A stretch of 64,000 nucleotides of DNA, taken from contig NC_043004.1 of NCBI RefSeq assembly GCF_006345805.1, positions 90,768,001-90,832,000 of the forward strand. The letters are read 5' to 3'. The notes beneath the pieces were generated by a model. The model searched no databases and was not told where the DNA came from. It saw only the letters and a list, made by a program, of their open reading frames with translations. Of the stretch, positions 26,391 through 39,974 are shown piece by piece. Position numbers and translations under genes: made by a program. Each line of letters starts with the position of its first letter. The first letter of the stretch is position 1. The DNA comes from Octopus sinensis (Eukaryota).

Positions 26391-29300
26391 CAGTTTGAGG
26401 TGAATTCTTAGAAAATACTTTACTGCTTCTTGTCTGATTGTTGCTGTCATGGTTGTTGTTTAGCCTCTAATATCAACCCTGAACTAGAATTATGAACAAA
26501 AGATATTCCGGCTGTGACCATGCACTCTTGTTAAGGATATTAACATTGTGTCCTTCTGTCTCTTAAGACAGTAGGTCATAATTTGAGGCAGATTTAGCTG
26601 CTGTTTACAAACAGCAGGTCAATCGACCACCTAGAGGCTCTTGTTAGTTCATTTTGTTTTGGGAAGATAGCTTTGTACTATCCACTTAGATCATTAATGG
26701 GCAATAGTAGTTGAACTGTAGGCCCTGTTCCCATCAACCCTACTGTGACTCACTTACTTTCCAGGTCATGCACTAAATAATGTTCCTCACCAGAACTGTA
26801 GTCCTCTGTAATTTCCTTTTTTAATCACATTGTTTCCAGCAAATATTCAAGTAAGACACCAACATATTATCCAATCAGTCTGGTAGGGAGGTCATGGATA
26901 CTGTCCCCTCCATTAAGTTACAAAAACTGGTGGTGGTAATGGTAGTAGTTGTAGTAGTAGTAGACTTCACTCAATAGAAACTTAATGTTCTATGTTGTAT
27001 GGATGCTGAGGTGAAGCTAGAGTATTCTCTCCTGGGCTCAAACCAAAGCCAGTTGTTACCCATGTAGCAGTTGGTACTCCACCATTTCTTCAGGTTGAAA
27101 GGAGTGGCAAGGCTGATACAGGTTGGCACATCAGCAGTCTCAGAGGAGCTGCTGGAGCAAAGCTGAAGGCAGCAGCAAACCACCTTAGGTGCTACAACTC
27201 CGGATTTTTCTTCAGGGTTTCACTCCCAAACCATTTCCTAGGTGGGGGGAAGCATGGGTTGACATCAGGGCAGTGGTGGTTGGAGATTGGAAATTGCTTC
27301 CTCCTAGATGAGCTAAAAGCTCCAAGTGGATGAAGCTCTTTTGTCAAAATCTTGTCTGTCCATACTTTTAAATTAGACCAATGTGTATGAGGATCATTAT
27401 CATAGTAGATTGTGAAATTTAAGTAAATGTGGATGGAAATTAAAATATGTGCATATTAGTAAATGTTTTATAATGTTTTGTAGGTGAGTTTTAGTCTTTT
27501 TAGAATTGTTTATTGAAGGGACAGTGCCCATGGCTCTTGCATTGAAAGGACAGTGCCCATGACTCTTGCATACTTTCCCTAACTAGTTACAGGTTTGATG
27601 GAATTATTATTTGTGTCAGTCAGGGAAAATATGGGCTAGAAAGGTGTAGGTGCTGGGGTAGAATGATTGGAGAAGAGAGCAGATTGTTAGTTCAGAGTAA
27701 ACAGAGCCATAATTGTGGTCGAAAAAAGACATTAAGTGATCATCTTTTGTGGGGTCTAGAGCTAGATTTCATAGATGTTTCTGAATGACCTAAGCATAAA
27801 TGTCACTTCTCAGTTTCTTGTCTCCTAAACAGAAAAAGAAAACCATCATGACTTTTGTACTATCTAGACAAATTATAAAAACAGGTTGACAAGGGCTTTT
27901 GTACTATCTAGACGAGTTTAGTTTACAAACGAATGTCCTTTCTACAGTCAACTTGAATTGAGAATATTCATCATAACATAATGTGTGTGTGTGTGTGTGT
28001 GTGTTGTAAGACTAACTGTTCTTTCTAGATCAGATCTGTTTCATTTTAGTGTGTTTGTTTTCTCTGTTGTTTAAGGAATCTGATCTCCCTACACATGTGT
28101 TTAGGTAAAAACTCATTTAAATTGTATTTTGTGCTTATGATCTGCTAGAAAGTTATTTTTATTGTAGATTAATGAGTTCCAGTGTCTCGTGTGTGTTTAT
28201 TATAACACTTCTCTGTAATTACTTCATTAATTGAACAGTTAATTCTGCTAATTGAACATGAAACTAAAAAATTAATTTAAATTTTTTTTTTTTTTTTGAG
28301 ATGTGAAATGAATTTGGAAGCTAAATATTTTTTGGAGATTTCTTAATGCAGTTATTGTTGCTGTTGGTTACTATGGTTAATTAGGTTTGAGCAGACTTTA
28401 TAGCTCATAGAGACATCTGATGAAATAAAGCATTTGATCAGATATTTTTAGCTTTGTCCCTCCTGTCCTTACTGTTAGAGTATGCTGTCTTCAGACGAAA
28501 GACTTGATATGTTCCCATCTTGCAAAGACAACAAGTTTGTTGGGGGATACAGGTCATGTGATTACACAGAAGCATGCCTCACCAATATGTATCCTGCTTG
28601 CTTTCTCCCTCCATCACTGTATCATGGGATCCATATTCCAGTGACTTTGTACATTTAGTTGAGGGAGATTCCAATGTTACATTTAAGCTGATTGACTATA
28701 ATAGAAAATTCCTTGCATTGGTTTCTTTCTCTTTAACAGTGGCTCAGTTTGGGAGTAAGTAAGTAAAATGAAAAAGGAAGAAAAAGTAATCAAAGAAAAG
28801 TAAAAAAAAAATATTTACAAATAAAGAATTATATTATGAAAATAAAATAAAAGTAATAAATGGAATGGTTTGTAAAGTGAGTTGTAGAGAGACAACCAAC
28901 ATTATGATGAACATTGTTTTCATAAAATGATTTATTAATGACCGAAGAACCTCTTTTATTATATACTAAATTTAAATGTAGGCAATGGGTAGACAGAGAA
29001 TATACAGGATAAAAGTAAAATATACTCTCTGCCTCAGTGCTCTTGTAGGTGACAAACCCACATCTTCTATATTTGCTGATTATTGCTACAGACCTCTCTC
29101 CACAGTTTCTCAGTTTTCTTCAAAGCCTATAAATCTATATCATATGTCATCACCATTCTTTCCATCCTGGCACCAGATGTTTACTAGTTTTTTTTGTTTT
29201 TTTTTTCTTGTACATACTTCTTTTGAAATTCAGAGTTTGGTGTTCAATTAGAATCTGCCTTTTGATCTGAATTTCTGAATTTTTTTGGTACCCATTTCTT

Positions 29301-29454
29301 TGTATTCCATTCTCACAAAGTGGACACCATCTACAGTTATCTGTGATTGTTTAGAAAGAAATATTTCTACCTTTTACGATCTATAAAATAAAACAACAAA
29401 AAACAAACTATATATTACCGAGCTAGGATTTGTTTGAAGAATATATTTGTGTAT

Positions 29455-29511
<57 letters not shown>

Positions 29512-30640
29512 GTATGTATATATGTATAAATATATATTTATCGAATGATGTAACTGTGGATAAAGATTAAAGAGAATAAGTAAGCTGAAGAAGATTACAA
29601 AACAAAAACAAAAAACAAAACAAGAAAAAACAAAAACCAAAGAATATGTAACTGCAAGCATTGACTGAGACTCGCACCCCCATCAGGGTGAGCTCTCTGG
29701 TGTATTTGGTAATTTTGATACTAGCTCTCTACTATTTCACAGTCCAAAATATATAATCTGTCACAGGATGAAGTAAAAAATTTCTACATGCTTCAGAAAG
29801 ACTAGTATCATCTATTCAATTCTTCAAACTTTCTACCAGTCTTTGCTGGAGTATGGAATATTCTGTACCGTTAATTTATTTTCTTTTTTTCCCTGTGAAT
29901 GTTGGTGTTGATGATGGGGGTGGATGGGGTCAGAGAAATTGCTAAGCAATTAAAACTTAAAATAAAGAAAAAGAAAATTCTACACAATAATGATATAATA
30001 TTTTATTCACTGAACATTATAATTCCTGTCGTGTTGGTGAATACTCATACCATTAATATGAGATTCTCATGTTGGCATTTATGCGTTAATCTCTTAATGA
30101 ATTTGTCAAACTTTGTTCATGGAAAAAAAATTATGATAAAAATATTAATAATAATAATAATAAAAACAAAAACCATATTTGGTGTGTTCAAAAGTATATC
30201 TGTTGATTTTGACTTTATTTTTTAATCAGAGATTAATATTTCTATTTCTACATGATTTACATAATTAATATTGCAAATCACTTGACAGCTTGGAGTAGTA
30301 ATTGTTGGTTATTAGTGTCCGGGACACTAATATTTGATGAGTTGTAATTTCTAACAATGGTTATAGAAAAAAGGGTCTGAAGAAAGTAAACAAGATCTGT
30401 GTCAGGTAAAGACAGGTAAAAATATAATTAAAACAAGATATATGGGTGCTGTGAGGAGAGGCTTTGGACAAAGACAATCTATGAAGAAGTGTGTTAAAAG
30501 GTTGTAAATGAAGATGAAATGTGTTACACTGAACAAGAACATGCTATTGTTTCGCATTTAAATGGTTAATAGGAGACAGAAAAAGATGAAAATACAATTA
30601 ACCACTTCTCAAAGAAATCATTAACTCTAGGTAGAGAACA

Positions 30641-31866
30641 TCATCATCATCATCATTGTTTAACGTCTATTTTCCATGCTAGCATGGGTTGGATGGTTCG
30701 ACTGGGGTCTGGGAAGCCAGGAGTTTGCACCAGGCTCCAGTCTGATCTGGCAGTGTTTCTACAGCTGGATGCCCTTCCTAATGCCAACCACTCTGTGAGT
30801 GTAGTGGGTGCTTTTTACATGCCACCAGCACAGGTGCCAGGGAAGGCTGGCAACAGCCATGATTGGTTGGTGCTTTTTACATGCCACTGGCACAGAAGCC
30901 AGTCAAGGCGGTGGTAGCATTGGCCACATTTGGTTGGTGCTTTTTACGTGCCACCAGCACAGGTATCCAACTACAATTTCCATTTGATTTTTATTTGATG
31001 TTGATGTACAGGACTCCTCAAGCACAGCAGATTGCCCTATGATCCAAGGTAAGCACAGCAGGCCGTTCTGCTATCCAAGGTACATTGGATGGGCTAGCGC
31101 TTCTATGTGAAGTTGGTGCAGGAAACAGCCATGAACTCATGTTATTTGTTGGGTCTTCGCAGTCACAGCATATCTCCAGAGATCTTGGTCTTTTGTCATT
31201 GCCTCTGTGAGACCCAACGTTCGAAGGTCATGCTTGACCACCTCATCCCATGTCTTCCTGGGTCTACCTCTACCCCAGATTCCTTCAACTGTTTGGGAGT
31301 GGCACTTCTTCACACATCTCTCCTCATTCATCCGTAGTACATGACCATGCCAACGCAAACGTTTCTCTTGCATGCCACATCCAATGCTTCTTATGTCCAG
31401 CATTTCTCTCAGGGCACTTACGCTCTGTCGTGTGTGCACACTGACATTACACATCCAGCAGATCATGCTAGCTTCATTTCTTTCAAGCCTACACATGTCC
31501 TCTGCAGTCACAGCCCATGTTTCACTACTATGAAGCATGGCAGTTTGCACACATGCATCGTACAATCTACCTTTCACTCTGAGTGAGAGACCCTTTGTCA
31601 CCAGTAGGGGTAGAAGTTTTCTAAACTTTGCCCAGGCTATTCGTATTCTAGTGGTGCCACTCTCTGAGCATCCACCTTCACTACTAACTCGGTCACCTAG
31701 GTAGTGGAAACTATCAATTACTTCTAGTTTCTTCCCCTGGAGTGTGATGGAATTTGTTTTCTGAGTATCTGTGGTGTCTATTGCCCCTGTGCCTCTGCCA
31801 CACATGAAAGCTGTCTTCTTGGTTAATTTTTCTTTGATGTTGCTGCCCCTCTTATGCGTCCATAGC
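30641..31866 (-). mobile_element. RTE-type LINE, 5'-truncated (RT C-terminus + 3'UTR)
   Basis: ORF 31137-31805(-): LEVIDSFHYLG...RIRIAWAKF...SETW...RLRWHGHVLRM...GRGRPRKTW; (CAT)n tail at 30641. Confidence 0.9.
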
Positions 31867-31869
31867 TTA

Positions 31870-33360
31870 CACTGGGTACATCTTATATAGATGTAAATAC
31901 AATTGATCCAATATAAAATAAGATTTACACAGATGCAATCTTCTTACTGAGACAACAGCCAGAGAGAAATATTTGACACTCACTGACTTGCAAAAGACCT
32001 TTGACCAGTTACCATACTCTGTAAAGTAGTCACTAAGGAAACTAGGTGTAAACCAATCTCTTGTGAATAAAGTGCAAGTCAACAATGAGTTCAGTAATGA
32101 ATTTAGCATGAAAGTAGAGGTGTATCAAGACTTAGTTTTCAGACCTATTCTATTTAGTCAGACCATCACAGAGGAGTTTAAGATTGGTTGTCCAAGAGAA
32201 CTCCTATACACTGATGATCTAGTCTTCAAAGCTGAATCTATAGTAGAATTAGAGAAAGTCCAGACATGAAAGCTAAACCAAGAATTGTGAGGTCTTAGGG
32301 TAAACCTAGCAAAAATGGTTTTAGTAAGTAGAAAAGAAGTTAGGACCCTGGTTTTCAAAGTAATAACCTTGCTTGATATGCAAAGAAGTGGGCGGCGAGC
32401 TGGCAGAAACGTTAGCATGCCGAGCGAAATGCGTAGCCGTATTTCGTCTGCCGTTACATTCTGAGTTCAAATTCCACCAAGGTCGACTTTGCCTTTCATC
32501 CTTTCAGAGTAGATAAATTAAATACCAGTTACACACTGGAGTCGATGTAATTGACTTAATCTGTTTGCCTGTCCTTGTTTGTCCCCTCTGTGTTTAGCCC
32601 CTTGTGGGTAGTAAAGAAATAGATATGCAAAGAAGTTGGTATAAACTCTATAAGCTATACCCAATATAAGCTATAAACACATGAGGTGTGGTGGAATTAC
32701 AGGCAAACTAACAAAAAATAAGCAAATGTAACAGATTCACTGAGCAATATGTATTATGAACACATCGGAAATAGATCCTTTTAAATGCCTGGCTGATTGC
32801 TAAAAGTAGTTGATAGCCTCTGTTACCTAGGTAACATAATTAGCAGGAGAGAGGGTTGTGAAAAAAGTATGGTAACCAGGTTAAAAATGGGTTGTAAAAA
32901 GTTCAGGGAAATACTATTACTGCTAGGAACAAAGGTCTTTTCCCTTCAGAGTATTATGGGTAAATTTTATGGGACTTGTGTCAAAACTTTGATGTTGCAT
33001 GGTAACAAGATGTGGGTCTTGAATACAAGAGAAGAAAGTAATGAAACCAGTATGTTCCTATAGATGCACAATATTGGTGTGTATGAATGCCAAGTTCAAA
33101 CTGAGAGAAAAATTAAGTATAAGAGGAATGTGATGCATACTGAACTTTACAACCCATTCTTAACCTGGTTACCATACTGAAGACGACAACTGCACAAGGA
33201 AATACTGAGCACTCCACTTTAGTAGAACCTCCAGAAGAGTTAGTCTAAGGAAGACTTGAGACAAAATGATGAAGGCTGACCTGAAGAATTTGTATCTTGG
33301 AGAAAATGAAAAGGACTGTATTGATTGGCAATATGCAAGGTTACAGAAGACCTGATCTCA
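31870..33360 (+). mobile_element. Older degenerate RTE LINE RT fragment (interrupted by a SINE)
   Basis: ELLYTDDLV (YADD-like) and LKVVDSLCYLG in broken frames. Confidence 0.75.
32390..32621 (+). mobile_element. SINE family B with 15-bp TSD
   Basis: TSD gatatgcaaagaagt at 32375-32389 and 32622-32636. Confidence 0.9.
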
Positions 33361-33389
33361 TAATTAAGCCCCCACTCCACTCCACATTC

Positions 33390-33816
33390 AGAACTACAAC
33401 CGATCGTGACTGCTGCCAGACTCCCCTGGCACCTGTGCCGGTGGCACGTAAAAAGCACCTCTACTCAGTTGACCGGCTAGCTAGCATTCCTGACTGTTGC
33501 CCTAGTTACAATAGTTTACTATTATCCTGCTTGGCCTCATCAATAGAAAATCAATTCAGATAGGGCTCATAATCCACAACCATATGTGACCCTTGACACT
33601 AAAAGCAATGTTTCTTGAATGTTTGAACCTGTCTTCTTTTTCCTCTTAATCCCACTTCCTACGTTAGGAAGGGCATCCAGCTGTAGAAACATTGCCAGAT
33701 CAGACTGGAGCCTGGTGTAGCCTCCTGGCTTCTCAGACCCCGGTCGAACCGTCCAACCCATGCTAGCACAGAAAACAGACGTTAAACAATGATGATGATG
33801 ATGATGATGATGATGA
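33390..33816 (+). mobile_element. RTE 3'UTR fragment carrying a foreign ~197-bp insert
   Basis: ggcacgtaaaaagcacc ... cgttaggaagggcatcc ... (GAT)n; insert matches 39151-39349. Confidence 0.8.
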
Positions 33817-34370
33817 TATATGTGTGTGAATACATGTATGATTTTTCCTCATGGGTCACTTACATTTCCTCTCACTTCTGTCTGTGATTCTATGTACTTC
33901 AGACTTTGGCTTTGTACAAATACTTATGCTCACATATTTCATACATGTCTAATAGACTCTATTTCTGTGCATGTATCTCCTTATGTCCTTCTCACAAATG
34001 TTCTCTAAATGTGGCAACGACTGACACCTGTTTATTTCTTGTGGCTCATCAATGAATTGTGGAATGAACAGCAAAGCAAAAGCAGCCGTTGGGGGAAATT
34101 ACGTCTGGTCATGAATGAGAACATAGAAAACCACACATATTTTTATTTCAGACATAGATATCTGGTACAAGTCTTCCCGAACACAGCTGGAAGCCCCTAA
34201 CCTATTTTTCCTATCAGGCCCAAAGCTTTAGGGCAACCACCCTTAATTTTAGTGTGATGAGAGGTAGGTGTGTGTTAACAAGTGGCTTCATGCTGTGAGA
34301 AAGAGTCAAGTGAAAGAGTGCCTCAACCAAGCTCCTCCAAGGCAAGAAACATGGATAAGTTCTTCTGAAT

Positions 34371-34781
34371 AGGCGCAGGAGTGGCTGTGTAGTAAGTAAC
34401 TTGCTAACCAACCACATGGTTCTGGGTTCAGTCCCACTGCGTGGCATCTTGGGCAAGTGTCTTCTGCTATAGCCCCGGGCCGACCAATGCCTTGTGAGTG
34501 GATTTGGTAGACGGAAACTGAAAGAAGCCTGTCGTATATATGTATATATATATAAGTGTGTGTGTATATGTTTGTGTGTCTGTGTTTGTCCCCCTAGCAT
34601 TGCTTGACAACCGATGCTGGTGTGTTTACGTCACCGTCACTTAGCGGTTCGGCAAAAGAGACCGATAGAATAAGTACTGGGCTTACAAAGAATAAGTCCT
34701 GGGGACGATTTGCTCGACTAAAGGCGGTACTCCAGCATGGCCACAGCCAAATGACTGAAACAAGTAAAAGAGTAAAAGAGT
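34371..34781 (+). mobile_element. SINE family A
   Basis: Near-identical to 23466-23880. Confidence 0.9.
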
Positions 34782-34789
34782 AATAGTTT

Positions 34790-35400
34790 CTATTGGCAGA
34801 AACATGATTCGATAAGGTAAATGAGACAGTGAGAGTATGTGATAGAATTATTAAGCTTAGACTAGTCATAGGCAAACTGACTGTGACAGTTATTTCAGCA
34901 TATGCACTGTTTTCAGGATTGGTAGATGATCAGAAGGATTGTTTTAATGAGTCCCTCCTGCCGACTATTTTGGTTCAAATGACAATGGCTTCATCACAGC
35001 TGGTGATTTTTATGTACATGTTGAACATGCCATGATGGCTTTTCTGGAGTATATAATGGCATAATGGCTATGGGTTTGGTATAGTGAAATGAGGAAAGAT
35101 CAAGACTCCTGTGATACAAATGATATAACAACGGGAACTCCAGGAAACCACTTAGCCAGTTTAGTTCACTTAGCAAGATCAGTTCACAAATTTTGGTGAT
35201 GGTTACATTTGTTCATGAAATCGACAGTCACCCTGAATGAGATAGGTCTTCAAGAAACAAGGAACCATTCCTAAAGTGTGAAAACCACTTGTAAACTTTG
35301 TCAATTTGGAGGACGAAGATTGGCAAGTTGAAGGAACCTCTGATGGTCATAGATTCAAAGAAATATTAAATGACATTTATGATAGTAGGTGGGAGATAGA
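34790..35400 (+). mobile_element. Degenerate RTE endonuclease-domain fragment
   Basis: VCDRIIKLRLVIG...VISAYA...DQKDCF (AP-endonuclease ISAYAP motif). Confidence 0.6.
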
Positions 35401-35699
35401 GACATATAACACTGAGCAAAATTGACTACTTTATAGAGTAGTGTTGAGGTTGGTGTAAGGTGCTAGTGATACTAGTGAATGTGGAGGATATCTTATATTA
35501 ATCCAATAGAGGAATCAGCCATCCAGATTGACAGCTGTATGATAGGAAAAGCAATAAGGAATATGAAAGTTGGGAGTGTAGCTAGGTCATCAGGGATAAT
35601 TACTGAAGTACTCAACATATCTGGCAAAGTAGGGTACACTTGAATATTGAATCAAATGATACAGAAAGCTGTCATACACAATGACAGGTGCTGCAGTTA

Positions 35700-36028
35700 A
35701 AGGGGCACTCTGCTGGTTACTACAAAGAGGGTCCCAGCTGATACAATCAACTGAACAGCCTGCTTGTGGAATTAATGTGGAAGTGGCTGAACGCTCCACA
35801 GATGCGCGTATCCTTAACATAGTTCTCAAGGAGATTCAGCATAACATAGAGTGTGACAAGGGTGGCCCTTTGAAATATAGGTACTACTCATTTTTGCCAG
35901 CTGAGTGGATTGGAGCAACATGAAATAAAGTGTCTTGCTCAAGGACACAATGTGACTTTGAAAAATTGAACTCACAACTTTATGATTGCAAGCCTACTAC
36001 CCTAACTACTAAGCCACGCGCCTTCACA
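35700..36028 (-). mobile_element. tRNA-derived SINE, family C-related
   Basis: Shares body (acagcctgct.gtg.aattaa...gtgtgacaagg...ccctttgaaata.aggtact) with 43795-44170. Confidence 0.7.
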
Positions 36029-36122
36029 GTGCTATAGTACCACCATCTTGGGAGAGGAAACCACTGAGGTATCGAACTGCTGAACTAGGTTATGAAAGTT
36101 TGCAAAAAAGATCAAAACAAAA

Positions 36123-37130
36123 TTACAAGTGGGTACCCAAATGAAACTGGAATTTTGCAATATTATTTTATTCACAAGGTGTGAGCTGGCAGAAATGTTA
36201 GCACGCTGGGTGAAATGCTTAGTGGTATTTTGTCTGTTTTTATGTTCAGAGTTCAAACTCCACTGAGGTCAACTTTGCCTTTCATCCTTTCGAGGTCGAT
36301 AAATTAAGTACCGGTTGCATATTGGAGTTGATTTAATCGACTAGCCCCCTCCCCTAAAATTTTGGGCCCTGTGCCTAGAGTAGAAATGAATATTATTTTA
36401 TTCACTTAACTTTACATGTCTACACTTTTATCACCTTCAAAATATTCTCCATTTGAAGCAATGCCTCAGTCCAGATGCATTTTCCACTGTTTGAAGCAGT
36501 CCTGGAACTCTTGCAAAGTGACGCAATCGTTTTTTCTTCACCTCTTTCCCATTTTCACCTCTTCCAAACGTTTTCCTTTTAGGACTTTTATCATTCAAGG
36601 GAACAAAAAGAAGGTTGCAGGGAGCAAGATCAGATTAATACAGAGGGTGGGTAGATGGGGTCATGTTATTCTTAGTCAAAATCTGTCACACGCTCAAGGT
36701 AGTAAGTGCAGGCACGTTTTTGTGATGAAACCACCACTTTCCACTTTGCCACAGGTCATGGCATTTTCATCTCACCGTGTCTCACAAGCACTTCAGAACT
36801 TCCAAGTAAAATGTCTGGTTAACAGTTTGACCAGGAGGAACAAATTCTGTGAGGACAATTCCTTTCGCATCTACGAAGCAAACCAGAATCGTCTTGACAC
36901 TGGACTTCACATGACGTGCTTTTTTGGGGTGTGGTGACATTGAAGTCTTCCATTGACTTGATTGCTGTTTCATTTCCAGGTTGTAGCAGCAGGTTTCGTC
37001 ACCAGTGATGACCATCAAAAAGAGGTCTGGATCAACTTCCAACTGTTCTTTTAGTTTGTGACATGCATTCAGTCATGACTGCTTTTGATCTTCCATGACC
37101 AAGTGAGGCACAAATTTTGCTGTGATGGTA
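36123..37130 (-). mobile_element. Mariner transposon remnant (transposase pseudogene) with a nested SINE
   Basis: ORF 36782-37042(-): VITGDET...QQSSQWK...PKKAR...GIV..EFVPPGQTVNQTFYLEVL; family-B SINE at 36176-36388 flanked by a 17-bp TSD aatattattttattcac. Confidence 0.85.
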
Positions 37131-37456
37131 TGAGTATAGGATGCAGCTGCATAAGCAAGTGCTGAGTACTCAAAATGAATGGTATCAGTGATAGAGAGAG
37201 AAACCAAGGAAGACTTGGTATGAGGTGATGTAAAATGATCTCAAGATGATGATGGTTATGACGGAAGACTACTTTGACAGGTCCTAAATGATACTACACA
37301 AGATTCAACCTTCTATGCAACCTTGGTGAAATACTTGTTGAATAGTTGGTCAGTGCATGCACCTCTCTCTTGCCTATTGTTTTCTGTATGTATTGCTGCC
37401 CACATAACTACAATTCCAGTGGTTCTGTAGTTCAACTCCAAACTTTTCAGAAGATT

Positions 37457-37678
37457 TATGAGGGGGTGCTGAAAAGTTCTTGGCTTTAAGAGTATCACAA
37501 AAGGTCTGGCTGTAGGCCCAACCTTCCAAGTTCTTTCATAGGGCTTAATAAAACTGAAGGACCACTGCAATAAGTGTGTGAAACTGAGAGGAGAATAAGT
37601 TGAATAAAATCTTAATTAACTAATCCTCCTGTATTTTCTTTTACCTGAAGCCAGGAACTTTTCAGGAACCGTCTCAGA
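37457..37678. mobile_element. Mariner-type MITE
   Basis: Imperfect TIRs: tatgagggggtgctgaaaagttcttggctt ... aagccaggaacttttcaggaaccgtctca. Confidence 0.7.
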
Positions 37679-38269
37679 TGACCACTGCTGCTGCCACCAA
37701 TGTTTTGTCTATCAAAATATCATCTAAAATTTAGTGGTCCTTTTCTTTGTTCACTTTTCCTACTATTGTCTTGGAGGCTGTCATTGTGATTTTTAGCACT
37801 GAATTCAATAGAAGCTCCTTCCTAGTCAAACAGTATGTCTTGCTTTTACATTTCGCCAGTTGGTATTTCCACAATTTCTCAGCTACAAGAAGCTGTAAGC
37901 AGGCTGATTTCAAATCAACAACAATACAAGCCCCTGTCAATTGCCTTCACTTTTAAAAAGCCCCTCTCTCCTTGTACACGTGGCTTCAATGCTTGTGTAA
38001 TATGCCATGTAGTCATTTAACACTGACTAGATATTACATTTTGTTAACTGAGTCATTGCCATCAGTGGTAATGCTCCAAATTCCAGCTCCACCACATAAA
38101 GCATTACAATATCTTCTTTGCTCCATCTCTCCACTTCCCTCAAAATTCAACACTATCTTCTCCATTTGAACACTTATAATAAATTATCTTATTCTTCAGC
38201 AATAGAAGCGCTCTCTTCCAGAACAATTCCAGTGTCCAATCAAAATCAAAATCAAATCAAACCAAATCA

Positions 38270-38719
38270 GATATCAGAAAGCAGAACCAAAATCGAAGTC
38301 GATCAACATCAATGGAAATTGCAGCTGTGATACCAGTGCCGGTGACAAGTAAGCAAACCATCCGATCTTGGCCGTTGCCAGCGCTGCCCCGACTGGCCTC
38401 CGTGCCAGTGGCACGTAAAAAGCACCATCCGTTCGTGGCCGTTGCCAGCCTCGCCTGGCCCCCGTGCCGGTGGCACATAAAAAGCACCATCCGATTGTGG
38501 CCGTTGCCAGCCCCGTCTGGCACCTGTGCGGGTGGCACGTAAAAAGCACCCACTACACTCACGGAGTGGTTGGCGTTAGGAAGGGCATCCAGCCGTAGAA
38601 ACACTGCCAGATCAGACTGGGCCTGATGCAGCCTTCTGGCTTCCCAGACCCCAGTTGAACCGTCCAACTCATGCTAGCATGGAAAGCGGATGCTAAATGA
38701 TGATGATGATGATGATGAT
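38270..38719 (+). mobile_element. RTE 3'UTR fragment
   Basis: 4 internal ~60-bp units; (GAT)n tail. Confidence 0.85.
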
Positions 38720-39416
38720 TGCTTATTGTCAGTCATTTCATGGAAATTCTTGCTTTCAATCTTACAAGAGACATTTCTTTCTCCATGCTTGCTTCAGCAA
38801 TTCCACAGTCCTCACATTTTGGTTTTGCACACCCATGGCAAATTGTGCTCCTCCAAATTCTAATTCATCCCTACTGATTATAATACCTCCCATTTACACC
38901 CATCATTCACCAACACCATCAATGAAGTAGTTAATCATGTTTACCTGGATCTTTAATCATATTCCATGTATCATCAACTCTACAGTGCTAGTACCTCCAC
39001 ACTTAATTTCTCTTTCATTGATTGCCTTTAAGTCATTCATCCTACTCCCAGCCATGGAGTCAAAAAAGTGGTTGTGCAGCATGAGCCAACATGGGCTCTC
39101 AACACCCACCTGCTTAGAACTTCCACTGCATGCAGCAGCTGAATGTAGGAGCACCTCTACTCAGTTGACCGGCTAGCTAGCATTCCTGACTGTTGCCCTA
39201 GTTACAATAGTTTACTATTATCCTGCTTGGCCACATCAATAGAAAATCAATTTAGGTAGGGCTCATAATCCACGACCATATGTGACCCTTGACACTAAAA
39301 GCAATGTTTCTTGAATGTTTGAACCTGTCTTCTTTTTCCTCTTAATCCCTCTACTTAAATCAGAAATATAAAATTTCTAAATCCCTCATAGAGATATGTA
39401 CGGTGGTGGGGCGATA

Positions 39417-39527
39417 GAATGGTTGTATACTGTCAATCTAACGTGAACGTGACAGTAGGGGGTTACACAGCGGTGGTGTAACCCCCTACTGTCACGTTCA
39501 CGTTAGATTGACAGTATACAACCATTC
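39417..39527. repeat. Perfect 52-bp inverted repeat with a 7-nt loop
   Basis: 39417-39468 is the exact reverse complement of 39476-39527; loop agcggtg. Confidence 0.95.
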
Positions 39528-39974
39528 CTCTACTTAAAGTTTGCTGATTTATTATATCTGGTCTCACTGAAGCCATTATTGTGTTCAAAATTAATGCCTT
39601 AGCTCAATTCACTAAATCTCCAACACATAGTCTCAATGTCTTGGAAAAGTCGCAGCCCTACTGAAATGTGATCAAGGAAGCTATGAATCCTAGTTTAACC
39701 ATAACTTCTAATCTACTACTGGTAAATCTGGTTAGCCCAGCCAACCTTTTAAACTCATTAGCAAACATTACTTGTCCCTCGGTCCACATAATTCTTCCTA
39801 GCCAGCCAAAGCTCACAAACTCCCCTTACCCCTAAGAAGTCTTCTTTCAATCTGACTTTTATGTTCCTGCACTCAGCTGGTCTTCATCATTCATCCTCAC
39901 GTACAATACCAACACATCTGATTCTAGATACAGTGGCATTAAACTCACATCTGACACACTCTGTAGTTTTAATA

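Noticed and set aside
27512-27570. 29-bp tandem duplication
   Set aside because: Ordinary slippage duplication with no further structure
29371-29700. Possible - strand noncoding exon (aag|gtagaa donor near 29370)
   Set aside because: No downstream coding exons identifiable; donor is weak and the region is mostly microsatellite
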